NCBI GenBank assembly: GCA_051971635.1
Contig: JBFPLN010000003.1
Location: forward strand, 480,001 to 544,000
DNA length: 64,000 bases
Reading direction: 5' to 3'
Source: Candidatus Atelocyanobacterium thalassae
GTDB lineage: Bacteria > Cyanobacteriota > Cyanobacteriia > Cyanobacteriales > Microcystaceae
Positions 43,573-55,006 of the stretch are shown in pieces (within the stretch, counting starts at the first letter, position 1; each line of letters begins with the position of its first letter). Under the pieces are notes generated by a model. It was not told the origin of the DNA. It worked only from the letters and a program-made list of their open reading frames with translations, and searched no databases. Position numbers and translations under genes: made by a program.

Positions 43573-43786
43573 ACTATATGAGTTTTATTTATTCTTAAGA
43601 AAAATCTGTATGCTATAAATACTAGATTGTTTATATCGTTCGATAAACATAATTTTCCTTTAAATAAAAGACTTTTATTTTCTTCTTTACAGTAACTGAT
43701 CTTTACCCGTAAATTTTAAAGCAATTAATCTCTAGACTTAAACTAATATATTTATATTATGGGGCTATCTACATATCTGTAATGGT

Positions 43787-43838
43787 TTTAAATTGGTGTA
43801 GTTAAATCTAATATTATATTTAACTACACCAATTTAAA
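43787..43838. terminator. perfect 21-bp inverted repeat overlapping a stop codon
   Basis: TTTAAATTGGTGTAGTTAAAT-10 nt-ATTTAACTACACCAATTTAAA; right arm lies in the last codons of ORF 43820..44704. Confidence 0.8.
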
Positions 43839-44704
43839 TTCCATAATGATTCTGCTTTTGCTTTTGTGTATTCTTTTTTTATCCTTTGGTAGTTTCGCTG
43901 TATTTCATTAAGTTTTTCAGAGTATTGATTAATTTTTTTTCTCTGAAAACTTAATTGAGAATCATTGAACTCGATATCAGATAATCTTAAACAAAGTGTA
44001 GATATTTTAACAAAAGATGCCTCTTTACTATTTTTCCCACCTAATTCCACTATTTTAGTATTTACATCTTCTTCTATTTGTAAACTAAGAATATTAGGAT
44101 AACTTTCTGGCAAAAATCTCTTTTCTTCCGATGTTATTTCAAATAAATGAGACGGTAAGTGATTAGATATAATCTTATTTTCTCTCAACTTAGTATTAAT
44201 TTCTTGAGAAAAATTATTTAAAGTTATTTGAATTCCTTGTTCGATATCTCTGCACCATTTAACTAGATCCTCAGGATTTACAGTTTCGGCTATATCGTGT
44301 CTATTTACTTTGCTTGTGAAAAATAGTTTTTCCTTTTTTTCCTGAAACTGTTCCACATTGTTTTCGTTATAAGAGAATAGATTTTTTGATATATTTTTAA
44401 CAACTACCTTTGACTTTATGGCTTGTGGAAAGGTTATATATGATAATAATTCAGACTCAGAGCTTTTGCACAATTCTTTAATTTTTTCCTGAAATTCTTT
44501 TCTTTGATCATTAGATAATCTTAAAAATGACTCAGGATAAATATGAGTGCATATTTGATAGACTGCTAATATTAGCTGCTTGTTTAGTGTAGAACCTAAC
44601 AACTTCAAATAATTTCTATAAATACTATTTAACTCAGTAAGAAGCTGTGTTGATTTTTTCTCTAATTCTTTTTTTTCCTTATTAATTTTTTGAAAAGATT
44701 TCAT
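43820..44704 (-). CDS. conserved cyanobacterial coiled-coil hypothetical protein downstream of tsf
   Basis: QLILAVYQICTHIYPESFLRLS, LRLSDIEFND, AKAESLW motifs. Confidence 0.85.
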   Translation of the reverse strand: MKSFQKINKEKKELEKKSTQLLTELNSIYRNYLKLLGSTLNKQLILAVYQICTHIYPESFLRLSNDQRKEFQEKIKELCKSSESELLSYITFPQAIKSKVVVKNISKNLFSYNENNVEQFQEKKEKLFFTSKVNRHDIAETVNPEDLVKWCRDIEQGIQITLNNFSQEINTKLRENKIISNHLPSHLFEITSEEKRFLPESYPNILSLQIEEDVNTKIVELGGKNSKEASFVKISTLCLRLSDIEFNDSQLSFQRKKINQYSEKLNEIQRNYQRIKKEYTKAKAESLWNLNWCS

Positions 44705-44749
44705 AATATGCTACGTGCTAGACATCATAAATTAATTTGAATATAAAAA

Positions 44750-44784
44750 AGACAAAAGTAGGAAAATATTCCTAACTTTTGTCT
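44750..44784. terminator. inverted repeat downstream of tsf
   Basis: AGACAAAAGTAGGAA-aata-TTCCTAACTTTTGTCT (one bulge), with T-tract on the minus strand. Confidence 0.65.
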
Positions 44785-44881
44785 CATTATTAGACAACCA
44801 TCCTTTAAAAAATTTATTTTCTTGTTACTTTTCTCTGTAAATATCAAGTTTTTACTTAAATAAAGGTTATTTCAGAATAAC

Positions 44882-45547
44882 TTATCCGATACTCTGTCCT
44901 GTCTGCGCAGCAACTTCAGCAGCAAAGTTGGTTTCGCGTTTTTCAATCCCTTCGCCTAAAACAAAACGAGTAAAGCGACGAACTTGAATATTTTCTCCAA
45001 GTTGTGAAATATTTCGTTTCAATAACTCTTCAACTGTAATGTTGGAATCTTTAATAAAAGGTTGATCTAATAAAGAAAGTTCCTTTTGACGCTTATCGAT
45101 CCGCCCTTGTACTATCTTCTCTTTAATATTTTCAGGTTTATTACATAAATCATCCCTTCCCATTTCAATTTCTTTTTCTTTATCGATAATTGCTTTCGGG
45201 ATATGAGATTGATTAACATACTCAACATTAGGACAAGCAGCTATTTGCATAGCAATATCTTGAGCTAGTTCTTTAAACTCATCTCTACGTGCAACGAAAT
45301 CTGTTTCACAGTTAATTTCTACAAGAACGCCCACACGCCCTCCTGTATGTATATAGCTGTGAACCAAACCTTCCGCTGTTTGTCTACCTGATTTTTTCTC
45401 AGCAGAAGTAATTCCTTTTTGTCGTAGCCATTCTGTTGCCTTTTCTATCTCACCTTTATTTTCCTGGAGTGCTTTTTTGCAATCCATCATGCCTGCACCA
45501 GTTTTGTCGCGGAGTTCTTTGACTAGTTTTGCCGAAATTTCAACCAT
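44882..45547 (-). CDS. tsf: elongation factor Ts
   Basis: [30 protein letters not shown]. Confidence 0.98.
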   Translation of the reverse strand: MVEISAKLVKELRDKTGAGMMDCKKALQENKGEIEKATEWLRQKGITSAEKKSGRQTAEGLVHSYIHTGGRVGVLVEINCETDFVARRDEFKELAQDIAMQIAACPNVEYVNQSHIPKAIIDKEKEIEMGRDDLCNKPENIKEKIVQGRIDKRQKELSLLDQPFIKDSNITVEELLKRNISQLGENIQVRRFTRFVLGEGIEKRETNFAAEVAAQTGQSIG

Positions 45548-45730
45548 TTTAGTTTTTATTTTTACTGTAGATGATCATGACATAAGAGAGGATAACACTA
45601 AGGGCAACGCAAATTAACTTTTTTATATATGAAAAATTAACTAGCTGACTAACCTTAAGAAAAGGTGCCCCAGAGTATTATTAGCTTAATTTTTAGTAAA
45701 AGCTTAGTAGAGTTAAGAAGTTTGAAAATT

Positions 45731-46543
45731 TTAATTTTCTTGTTGCTCTACATTCTCATTTTCTAAATCAGATGCTGTGGAAGTGACTTCTTCGGTTTTC
45801 TCATCGTTGCCTTCTGTAATACTTTCTTCAAAAGTTTCGTAATCATCATTTGCATCTAAGCGATGATGAGAACCTTCGTGTATGGCATCAGCCAATTTTC
45901 CTAGAATTAATTTAATAGAGCGAATTGCATCGTCGTTAGCTGGAATAGGAATATCTGCATAATCAGGATCACAATTTGTATCTAACAAAGAGATCATTGG
46001 GATACCTAACTTTTGACATTCTTGAATAGCATTATATTCACGTCGCTGATCTACAATAACAACAACATCAGGAGGTCTTCTCATTGTCTTAATACCTCCT
46101 AAATATTTTTGCAATTTACCTAATTCTCTTCTTAGTACTGCTCCTTCTTTTTTTGGACGTCTCTCAATTTGCCCATCTTCTTCCATTGCTTCTAATTCTT
46201 TTAAACGCTCAACTCTAGTTTTAATGGTCTCCCAATTGGTAAGCATTCCACCTAACCAACGTTGATTAACATAGTTAGCTCCACAACGAGAAGCTTCTTG
46301 AGCAATAATTCCTGCGGCTTGTCTCTTAGTTCCTACAAACAAAAATCGCTTTCCTTTGTCAGATCCATTGCGAACATATCGATAGGCATCTTCCATCAAT
46401 TGTGCAGTTTGCACTAAATCGATAATATGCACTCCATTACGAGCTGTATAGATGTACTGAGACATCTTGGGGTTCCAACGACGAGTTTGGTGCCCAAAAT
46501 GCACTCCAGATTCTAGTAATTCGGAAAGAGATACTACTGGCAT
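45731..46543 (-). CDS. rpsB: 30S ribosomal protein S2
   Basis: [35 protein letters not shown]. Confidence 0.99.
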   Translation of the reverse strand: MPVVSLSELLESGVHFGHQTRRWNPKMSQYIYTARNGVHIIDLVQTAQLMEDAYRYVRNGSDKGKRFLFVGTKRQAAGIIAQEASRCGANYVNQRWLGGMLTNWETIKTRVERLKELEAMEEDGQIERRPKKEGAVLRRELGKLQKYLGGIKTMRRPPDVVVIVDQRREYNAIQECQKLGIPMISLLDTNCDPDYADIPIPANDDAIRSIKLILGKLADAIHEGSHHRLDANDDYETFEESITEGNDEKTEEVTSTASDLENENVEQQEN

Positions 46544-46560
46544 AATTTATTTTCTCCTAT

Positions 46561-46625
46561 TTCGGGTTAATCCTCCATTCAAATGTATTTCGTTTTAGAA
46601 ACACCCGAAGTCTTGAATGTGCGGT
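46561..46625 (-). promoter_or_regulatory. rpsB 5' leader (S2 autoregulatory, t44-like structured RNA)
   Basis: Minus strand CGCACATTCAA..CGGGTGTTTC..GAAATAC.TTGAATGGAGG..AACCCG: stem-loops with GGGU/ACCC elements upstream of rpsB. Confidence 0.7.
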
Positions 46626-46805
46626 ATTTTAACAACCTTTATAAATTAACATAATTTTGTCTAACTTTAAATTAAATTCTTAATAAGAGTTGTTTTATTA
46701 ATTAGCTAATTACTAGATATAGTTTGTTGTTACTGGATAGAAATATTGAAAAATTATAGCCCTATTAATTTTCTAAATTGGAAATAAAATCATCTCACTA
46801 TTAAC

Positions 46806-48014
46806 CTAAGATTCAGCAAACCAATAAAGTAAATATAACCCCATACATAACCCAACAATATTTGGCAACCAACCAGCAATGAATGGCGAAACAATACCTA
46901 TTAATCCTAAGCTACCAACTAAAAAACCAAGAAGATAGTATATAAATACTACTATAACACTTAAGCCAAATCCTATAGCACGATTTATATATTGAGGACT
47001 TGTCCCTAAAGCAGATCCAATTACTCCAAATACAACACATATGAACGGAAAGGCTATTTTTTGTTGAATTCTGACTTGAAAAGTACGGAGTTTCTGTTCA
47101 TCTTCCATAACCCTTAAAATTTTCATATATTTTTGTGCTTGAAAAATATTCATTTCATAGGGGTCACGCCCTTGTTGAGCAAATTCAAAAGCAGTTTTCG
47201 TCAGAGGCAATTGTCTATGTTTAAAGGAATAAGTATCTTGATAGGATGAATCTGGAGCTAGTTGATAAATAGTGCCATTGAAAAAATCCCAGGTTTCTTC
47301 TTGTCCGTTCCATGTTGCTGAATCTGAAACGACAATACGATTTAATCTCTTTTCGAGCCATTCTAGTACTGTTAAAGTCTCAAGTTTTTGACCATCAAAC
47401 TTCTCTGCGAAAAATAAATGTCTAAGTTGTTTTTCAGTACTTCCATCAGGAAGTACTACTTTTTCATAGTCAGGATAAAAAATATCTTTGTTTTGCCAAT
47501 AGGGTCGTTCTTCCTGAAGATGTTCAACTAGAATACTAGTAACACGATAATTAGCTGCTGGGACTATTAATTCACTAAACATAAAAGTTATTCCTGTCAT
47601 TACTAGACTTACCATAAAAGCAGGTACAACTAAGCGGTAAAGACTGGCTCCACAAACTCTTAGAGCAATTAGTTCACTATCATTACTCAGACGTCCATAA
47701 GTTAATAAAGTACTTAACATCATAGATATAGGCAATGCATAAGCAGTAAATTCTGGAACCTTTAACAGTATTATTTCGAATGCTTGTACTAAAGGTAAAT
47801 TGGACTCTACTACTTTATTCGCTAAATCAGATAAATAACCAATAGCTACTCCAAGTATTGATACCAAACCAACTGAAAAAACTAGTGGTCCTATTAGTTG
47901 TGATAGGATGTAGCGGTCTATCAGACAAAAGGACCAACTATTCTCAACTGGTAATATTTTTAGAAAGTGGCCTAAAAATTTAATAGCTTTCATAAATATT
48001 GTTCGTAGAGGCAT
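46806..48014 (-). CDS. LptF/LptG family LPS export permease
   Basis: IDRYI, TYGRLSNDSELIALR..G.S, KIAFPF, AGWLPN. Confidence 0.92.
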   Translation of the reverse strand: MPLRTIFMKAIKFLGHFLKILPVENSWSFCLIDRYILSQLIGPLVFSVGLVSILGVAIGYLSDLANKVVESNLPLVQAFEIILLKVPEFTAYALPISMMLSTLLTYGRLSNDSELIALRVCGASLYRLVVPAFMVSLVMTGITFMFSELIVPAANYRVTSILVEHLQEERPYWQNKDIFYPDYEKVVLPDGSTEKQLRHLFFAEKFDGQKLETLTVLEWLEKRLNRIVVSDSATWNGQEETWDFFNGTIYQLAPDSSYQDTYSFKHRQLPLTKTAFEFAQQGRDPYEMNIFQAQKYMKILRVMEDEQKLRTFQVRIQQKIAFPFICVVFGVIGSALGTSPQYINRAIGFGLSVIVVFIYYLLGFLVGSLGLIGIVSPFIAGWLPNIVGLCMGLYLLYWFAES

Positions 48015-48502
48015 AATAAATATTATCCAAGAAAAAAGTTGAGAGATTCATAAAAGTTAATTTTCTCAAATCTGGTCATTAAATTTTTTCATATACATCG
48101 TATATATATTAGAGTTATGAATAATATTAAACCTCTCAAAATCTTAAAAATAGTAATATATAAACTTATTTACAAGAAGTATTTTATCGGCTTTTGATAG
48201 AATATGGTGAAACAAATATTTTTTAAATCAAATCATCTATTTTTTTTTAAGAATATTATAAATGTTATTTAAAAATCATATTAATGTATTTGCATACCAC
48301 AAAAGTTTTGTTTTAGTTGCTAAGGTAATATTATTAGCAGCCGAGTTAAAAATTAAATAGTTTTAATTTATAGAAAATATTCTTATATCAACTTAATAAT
48401 ATTTTATTAAAAAGATAGTCAATAAAATAAAGATAAGCAAAATTAAATAAGTTTTATTTAAAGATTTTAAATAATAATTTTGTTATGGGAAATTAAATCT
48501 AA

Positions 48503-51118
48503 TTAATCTTTTTTCTTTTTATGCGTAGTAGTAGTTTTCTTTTTTGCAGTTCTTTTTACGTTTTTTTTCTTAACAGTTGTTTTCTTGGATAATAGATCTA
48601 AAGCCTTTTCTAAAGTCATAGAATCAATTGTTTCTTTTTCTGATAAGCTTACGTTTATTTTCTTGTGGTTAATATAAATGCCATAAGGTCCTTCATAAAT
48701 GTTGATAGGTTCACTATCTTCAGGATGAAGCCCTAATTCCTTTAGCGGTTTTTTTGCTCTTCTGCCTCTTGTAAGTTTTGGTTGAGATAGTAATTCAAGT
48801 GCTCTATCTAGAGAAATAGTTAATAGATCATCTTCTTTCTTAAGCGATCTGTAATCTTTTCCTTCTTTTCCTTGATCATGTATTATATAAGGTCCAAATC
48901 TTCCTATATTAACCTTAATATTTGCCTGAGTATCTGGATGAGTTCCTAATAGACGAGGTAATGCTAATAACCCTAAAGCTATCTCTAAATTTACAGTTTC
49001 AGGATTGATGTTTTTAGGTAAAGAAGTTCTCTTAGGTTTTTTATTCTCGTCTGTAACTTCTCCTAGTTGCACATATGGGCCGTAACTACCAATTAATAAA
49101 TAGATAGGTTCACGAGTCTCAGGATGTAATCCGATTTTTTCTGGACCTTCAGTTTTTTGCTTTAATAATTTTATAACTTGATCAATATTTAAATCAGATG
49201 GAGTCAAATCTGCCGGGATAGAGGCAGTTATAACTTCTTTATTTTGTTCCACCTCTATATAGGGTCCAAATTTACCGATTTTAATTGTTGTATCTAAATT
49301 ATATAGATTAATAGCTTTAGCTAAACTTGGATTAATTTCGTCAGTACGAACTTTAACCTGAGTATCTAATCCCTTGTCGCCAAGGTAAAATTGTTCCAAA
49401 TAAGGCACCCTTTGTACCTCTCCTGTAGCAATTTCATCCAGTGCCTGTTCCATTTTTGAAGTAAACGTTGGATCTACTAAATCAGGAAAATAAGTTTCTA
49501 ACAGGCTTACGACAGCAAATGCTGTAAAAGTGGGAACTAAGGCCTTGTTACGCATTTGAGAATAACCACGATCACGTATAGTCCCAATGATGCTGGCATA
49601 CGTACTAGGCCGACCAATTCCTTCCTTCTCTAAAACTTTCACTAAAGATGCTTCAGTATATCGTGCAGGCGGTTGAGTTTTATGATTTAATGCATCTATC
49701 TTTTCACATTTTAAAATATCTCCTTTTTGGAGGTATGGAAGTACGACCTCTTGATTCTCTAACATTGTTTCAGGATTATCTGATCCTTCAACATAGGCAC
49801 GAAAAAAGCCTGGAAAATCTACACGTTTTCCATAAGCCCGAAATTCTGCATTTTCTACTTCTATCATGACTGAAATTTGTGTCAATTTTGCATCAGCCAT
49901 CTGACATGCTACAGTTCGCTTCCAAATAAGATCATAAAGAGAAAATGCTTGATCCGATAATTTTGTTTCTTTCGGTGTAAGGAAATTATTGCCCGCTGGA
50001 CGGATAGCTTCATGAGCTTCTTGTGCTCCTTTGCTTGTAGTCGTATATTTACGTGGGCTATTGCTTAAAAATTCTTCTCCATATTTCTGTTTTACACATG
50101 TTCTGGCTGCGTTAATAGCTTCACTAGACAAATTTACAGAATCTGTCCTCATATAAGTAATATATCCTTCCTCATAAAGCTTTTGAGCTATTCGCATAGT
50201 ATCCCGCGCTGAAATACCTAATTTTCTATTAGATTCTTGTTGTAAAGTTGAAGTTGTGAAGGGAGGGGAAGGTTTATTATTAACCTGTTTTTCTTCAACT
50301 TTAACTACACTCCATGGTTTAGCTTTATCTTCTAACTTTTCTTTCAGAATATTAGCTTCTTTCTCGCTAAGAAGAATAACATTTCGGCCAGGAGATATAT
50401 TACCAGTCTTAGGGTTGAAGTCTGAACCAACAGCAACCTTTTTCCTAGAGATACTTATTAATTTAGCTTCAAAAAAAAATTTTTCTTTCTCTATTAAAAC
50501 TTTCAAATTCCAGTATTCACCAGATTCAAAACTAAGACGTTCTCGTTCTTTTTGTACTAATAAACGTACTGCTACTGACTGTACTCTACCAGCAGATAAT
50601 CCCCAAGCAATCTTTTTCCAGAGCAAAGGGGAAAGCGTATAGCCATACAAACGGTCCAATATACGTCTAGTTTCTTGAGCATGAACTAAATTTTCATTAA
50701 TTTCACGACAGTTTTTCAGAGATTTTTCAATTGCATCTCTAGTAATTTCATGAAAAACCATACGCTTAATAGGTACTTTAGGTTTTAAAATTTGTAGTAA
50801 ATGCCAACTGATGCTTTCTCCTTCTCTATCTTCGTCTGTAGCTAATATCAGCTCATCTACACTTTTCAGGGCTGTTTTCAAGCCCTGAACCACCTTCTTT
50901 TTTCCTTTTGGAATAACGTAAATAGGATCAAAATTATTTTCTATATCAACGCCTAAATTTGCCCAGTCCTTACCTTTATAAGAAGCAGGAATTTCACTTG
51001 CTGAGGCTGGAAGATCTCGTACATGACCCATAGAAGCTTCTACCTGATATTCCTTAGGTAAATAGTTTCTTATAGTACGAGCTTTAGTAGGTGATTCAAC
51101 AATAACAAGAGTTGACAT
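48503..51118 (-). CDS. topA: DNA topoisomerase I
   Basis: LVIVESPTKA, LATDEDREGE, SAGRVQS, YITYMRTDS, GIGRPSTY; C-terminal G.FGPY repeats. Confidence 0.99.
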   Translation of the reverse strand: MSTLVIVESPTKARTIRNYLPKEYQVEASMGHVRDLPASASEIPASYKGKDWANLGVDIENNFDPIYVIPKGKKKVVQGLKTALKSVDELILATDEDREGESISWHLLQILKPKVPIKRMVFHEITRDAIEKSLKNCREINENLVHAQETRRILDRLYGYTLSPLLWKKIAWGLSAGRVQSVAVRLLVQKERERLSFESGEYWNLKVLIEKEKFFFEAKLISISRKKVAVGSDFNPKTGNISPGRNVILLSEKEANILKEKLEDKAKPWSVVKVEEKQVNNKPSPPFTTSTLQQESNRKLGISARDTMRIAQKLYEEGYITYMRTDSVNLSSEAINAARTCVKQKYGEEFLSNSPRKYTTTSKGAQEAHEAIRPAGNNFLTPKETKLSDQAFSLYDLIWKRTVACQMADAKLTQISVMIEVENAEFRAYGKRVDFPGFFRAYVEGSDNPETMLENQEVVLPYLQKGDILKCEKIDALNHKTQPPARYTEASLVKVLEKEGIGRPSTYASIIGTIRDRGYSQMRNKALVPTFTAFAVVSLLETYFPDLVDPTFTSKMEQALDEIATGEVQRVPYLEQFYLGDKGLDTQVKVRTDEINPSLAKAINLYNLDTTIKIGKFGPYIEVEQNKEVITASIPADLTPSDLNIDQVIKLLKQKTEGPEKIGLHPETREPIYLLIGSYGPYVQLGEVTDENKKPKRTSLPKNINPETVNLEIALGLLALPRLLGTHPDTQANIKVNIGRFGPYIIHDQGKEGKDYRSLKKEDDLLTISLDRALELLSQPKLTRGRRAKKPLKELGLHPEDSEPINIYEGPYGIYINHKKINVSLSEKETIDSMTLEKALDLLSKKTTVKKKNVKRTAKKKTTTTHKKKKD

Positions 51119-51374
51119 AATCGTTGTTAATAATCAAACAAATTTAGTAAATGGGACTTCTTAAAATTGAGTTTGTTGCTAAATTATTCTCTGGAATAAT
51201 TCTAACTAATAGAAAGTACCAAGTTTATGTGTAAACATGATTTTTAATCATAAAAAGAAAATTCTTTCGTTAACTACTTTGCGTATCTAATAAAAATTTA
51301 TTTATTATGTACTTAGTAAGTCTAATGGAAATTCTATTAAACCATTATAGATATAGTCAAGCTATGACTTTTTT

Positions 51375-52319
51375 TTAAATCAATATAGACCTTGCTTTAT
51401 AACAATCCTGTTCAATCTGATTTTTTAAAGTTTGTAGAGATGAAAATTTTTGCTCAGAACGTAAAAACTTTTCTAGATAGACAGTTATTATTTTGCCATA
51501 CAAATTACCAGACCAGTCTAATAAATGTACTTCCACTGTTGAACCACCATTAATTGTTGGACGTTTTCCAATGTTGACTACTCCTTTATTAATATTCTTA
51601 TCCTCAAATTCTACGTAAACACAATAGACTCCATCACAAGGTAATAATTTATCAATAGGTAATTTTAAGTTAGCAGTAGGAAATCCAATTGTTCTTCCTA
51701 TCCTTTGTCCAGAAACAACAAGACCTCGCAAGAAATATGAATATCCTAACATTTGCTTAACTTCTGCCATTTTTCCATCTGTCAAGTACTTGCGAATTCT
51801 AGAACTACTAATTCGCAAAGGATTTTTTTTATTAGAATTTAAAAAAGTTTGTAACTTTGTAGTATGAACAGAGATCCCAAATCTTTCTGTGAAATCTTTC
51901 AATAATTCGACTGTCCCTGTTCTTTTACGGCCAAAATAAAAATTTTCTCCAACTGAAATATATTTTACATTTAGCTTATTAACTAAAATGTCTATAATAA
52001 ACTCTAGAGGGCTAAGAGATGCTAAATTCTGATTAAATGGTAATCGAATTAACTGTTCTATTTTAAGAGAGCTTAAGATTTGAATTTTTTCATCTATTGG
52101 TGTTAATAGCTGACGGGATTTTCCAGTAAAAAACTCTTGAGGATGAGGTTCAAAAGTAACTACAGTAGAAGTATACTGATTATCTAATTTTAAAATTGGT
52201 TTGAGAACTTGTCGATGTCCAAGATGAATCCCGTCAAAGTTTCCTAAAGCCACTGCTGTCGGTGTTTTAGCATTATCAATTGAAGGCGGAATCCATACAC
52301 CGAATTTACTGTGTATCAT
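51375..52319 (-). CDS. ribF: bifunctional riboflavin kinase/FAD synthetase
   Basis: GNFDGIHLGH, ISSSRIR, GRTIGFPTAN, VEVHLLD. Confidence 0.97.
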   Translation of the reverse strand: MIHSKFGVWIPPSIDNAKTPTAVALGNFDGIHLGHRQVLKPILKLDNQYTSTVVTFEPHPQEFFTGKSRQLLTPIDEKIQILSSLKIEQLIRLPFNQNLASLSPLEFIIDILVNKLNVKYISVGENFYFGRKRTGTVELLKDFTERFGISVHTTKLQTFLNSNKKNPLRISSSRIRKYLTDGKMAEVKQMLGYSYFLRGLVVSGQRIGRTIGFPTANLKLPIDKLLPCDGVYCVYVEFEDKNINKGVVNIGKRPTINGGSTVEVHLLDWSGNLYGKIITVYLEKFLRSEQKFSSLQTLKNQIEQDCYKARSILI

Positions 52320-52974
52320 TTTGTATCTATATACTTCAGCAGTACTCTTAAACTAACATTTACGGCATCATACTTCAAATATACACTTAATTAACAGTCT
52401 TTTCCATAGTTTATATAATAATAAATATTAATTTATCAAAAGCAATAACATAATAATTATGTTTTGAATAGTATTTAAACCTTATTATTGGCCAATAGTA
52501 ATAATCAATTGATAAATCTTGAAGAATTAAATAATTATGCTCTTATTTTTATAATTTAAAGTTAATTTATGCATTATTTAACCTATTTTTAGACACATAT
52601 TATAGTTTTAAATATTTACCTGATTAAGAATTTTAGTTTTTTACTCTCTACTTTAAGCTTAACTTTTAAGTGCAAGGTGTATGAAAAGCTTAAATAGTCT
52701 ATAAGACTTAAAAAATATAAATATTTTTCTATTAATAACTGTATATCTCGGTAAAAATATTACAAGTTTATAGAACTTATTTATATTTGATAAGTATTAA
52801 TTAATACGAATAAATAGATTGTAAAATTTTCCAATTTTAAGTAAATAATAATTAACTATATGGATAGTTACCATTTTAAACAAATGATAGAGTGCTTAGT
52901 TCTTACAAATATTTAACTCAAATGGCGTTTAATCGCCTACTATATCTAGTGTGATTCTCCAAATTAATAGTAAT

Positions 52975-54093
52975 ATGCGAATTGCTTTATTCACAGAAAC
53001 TTTCTTACCTAAAATTGATGGCATTGTTACACGTTTATGTCACACAATTAAACATCTACAACGTTCTGGCGATCAAGTTATAGTTTTTTCTCCTAGTGGA
53101 GGAATAGAGGAATATGAAGGAGCAGAAGTTTGTGGAGTTAAAGGTATTCCGTTACCTCTTTATCCTGAATTAAAATTGGCTATTCCTACTCCTATTATTA
53201 GTAGAAAGCTAGAAATATTTAAGCCAGATTTAATACATGTAGTTAACCCCGCCGTTCTTGGATTAGGGGGTATCTATTATGCTAAATCTAATAATATTCC
53301 CTTAGTTGCTTCTTACCATACTCATCTACCTCAATATTTAAAACATTATGGCTTAGGTTCATTAGAAGGACTATTGTGGAAATTGTTAAAGTTAGCTCAT
53401 AATCAAGCACAGCTAAATTTATGTACTTCAACTGCAATGGTAGAAGCACTCAAAAATCATGGTATTCAAAGAGTAGAATTATGGCAAAGGGGTGTAGATA
53501 CAGAAATGTTTCGACCTGGTTTAATATCTAAGGAGATGCGTTTATATTTGTCAGAAGGAAATCCTGATGATTCTTTACTATTGTATGTAGGAAGAGTTTC
53601 GTCTGAGAAACAAATTGATAAGATAAAACCCATCTTAAAGGCAATTCCGAATACACGTTTAGCAATTGTTGGCAATGGCCCTCATCTAGAAACACTAAAA
53701 GAACATTTTTCGGATACTAAAACTCATTTTGTTGGTTATCTTGAAGGACTAGAACTTGCATCAGCTTTTGCCTCTGCAGATGCTTTTATTTTTCCTTCTC
53801 GAACTGAAACACTGGGATTAGTTTTATTAGAATCTATGGCTGCAGGATGCCCTGTGGTAGCAGCTAATTCAGGCGGAATTCCTGATATCGTAACTGATAA
53901 AGTTAATGGTTACTTATTTGATCCTGACGATTCAAATGGAGCAATTTTTGCGACTAAATACCTTCTAGATAGTGCGACTGAGACAGAACAACTAAAAAGG
54001 AATGCTCGTAAAGAAGCAGAAAAGTGGGGATGGCCTATGGCTACTGATCAATTAAGAAGTTACTATAAGACTTTAATTAATCCAAAATTATAA
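52975..54093 (+). CDS. sqdX: sulfoquinovosyltransferase (GT4)
   Basis: MRIALFTETFLPKIDGIVTRL, ASYHTHLP, FPSRTETLGLVLLE; start set at ATG 52975. Confidence 0.88.
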   Translation: MRIALFTETFLPKIDGIVTRLCHTIKHLQRSGDQVIVFSPSGGIEEYEGAEVCGVKGIPLPLYPELKLAIPTPIISRKLEIFKPDLIHVVNPAVLGLGGIYYAKSNNIPLVASYHTHLPQYLKHYGLGSLEGLLWKLLKLAHNQAQLNLCTSTAMVEALKNHGIQRVELWQRGVDTEMFRPGLISKEMRLYLSEGNPDDSLLLYVGRVSSEKQIDKIKPILKAIPNTRLAIVGNGPHLETLKEHFSDTKTHFVGYLEGLELASAFASADAFIFPSRTETLGLVLLESMAAGCPVVAANSGGIPDIVTDKVNGYLFDPDDSNGAIFATKYLLDSATETEQLKRNARKEAEKWGWPMATDQLRSYYKTLINPKL

Positions 54094-54434
54094 ACTGTAT
54101 TATTTTACTTATGATTATCATTTTGATTAATAAACTTGGATAGTATGCAATGCCCTCCATTAATTTAACTTAATATCAACTACTTCGTCTAAGGCTAAAA
54201 AGTAGATCTTAAATTGAAGTAGCTAATATTAAGTTATCATGAGCTTTAAACATAAATAATTAGTTTTTTTGAGGCTTAAAATGTATGTTCAAAGCACTTT
54301 AACCTAATAAATTTTTATTCAAAAATTATTATTTTTCAATTTTTAGAAGTGTCTTCTCTTTCATGTAGAGTATATTCTAGAAATAAGTAATCTGTTTACT
54401 AGTTTACTAGTTTAAAATTTAAATTTTATAGATC

Positions 54435-54920
54435 ATGGTAAATATTCGAATTGGTAATGGATATGATATTCATCGTCTTGTATTAGGACGGCCTTTAATC
54501 TTGGGAGGTATTCTAATTCCTCATAAGTTTGGATTACTAGGTCATAGTGATGCAGACGTATTAACTCATTCCATTATGGATGCAATGTTAGGTGCACTAA
54601 GTTTAGGAGATATTGGTCATTATTTTCCACCTTCCGATCCTCAGTGGGCAAATGCTAACAGCTTGGTATTATTGAAACAAGTGAATAAATTGATCAAGTC
54701 AAAAGGATGGCATATTGGAAATATAGATTCAACAATTATTACCGAAAGACCTAAAATAAAGCCTCATATTCAAGTTATTCAAGAAAAACTTTCTCAAGCT
54801 TTAAATATTTCCGAAAATCAAATATCTATTAAAGCAACTACTAATGAAAAGTTAGGACCAGTAGGCAGGGAAAAAGGAATATCTTCTTATGCGGTAATCT
54901 TACTGTTTAAAAGCTTATAG
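54435..54920 (+). CDS. ispF: 2-C-methyl-D-erythritol 2,4-cyclodiphosphate synthase
   Basis: [34 protein letters not shown]. Confidence 0.98.
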   Translation: MVNIRIGNGYDIHRLVLGRPLILGGILIPHKFGLLGHSDADVLTHSIMDAMLGALSLGDIGHYFPPSDPQWANANSLVLLKQVNKLIKSKGWHIGNIDSTIITERPKIKPHIQVIQEKLSQALNISENQISIKATTNEKLGPVGREKGISSYAVILLFKSL

Positions 54921-55006
54921 AAGCTATCATTAAAAATAATAATAACTGAAACTTGATATCTATTCTTTGGAATTGTTATTATATCAAGAGATTTATTGAG
55001 CTGTTC

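Noticed and set aside
48015..54434. Long AT-rich spacers at 48015-48502, 52320-52974 and 54094-54434 as pseudogenes, ncRNAs or an origin
   Set aside because: No recognisable residual peptide, RNA fold or DnaA-box cluster by eye; left uncalled
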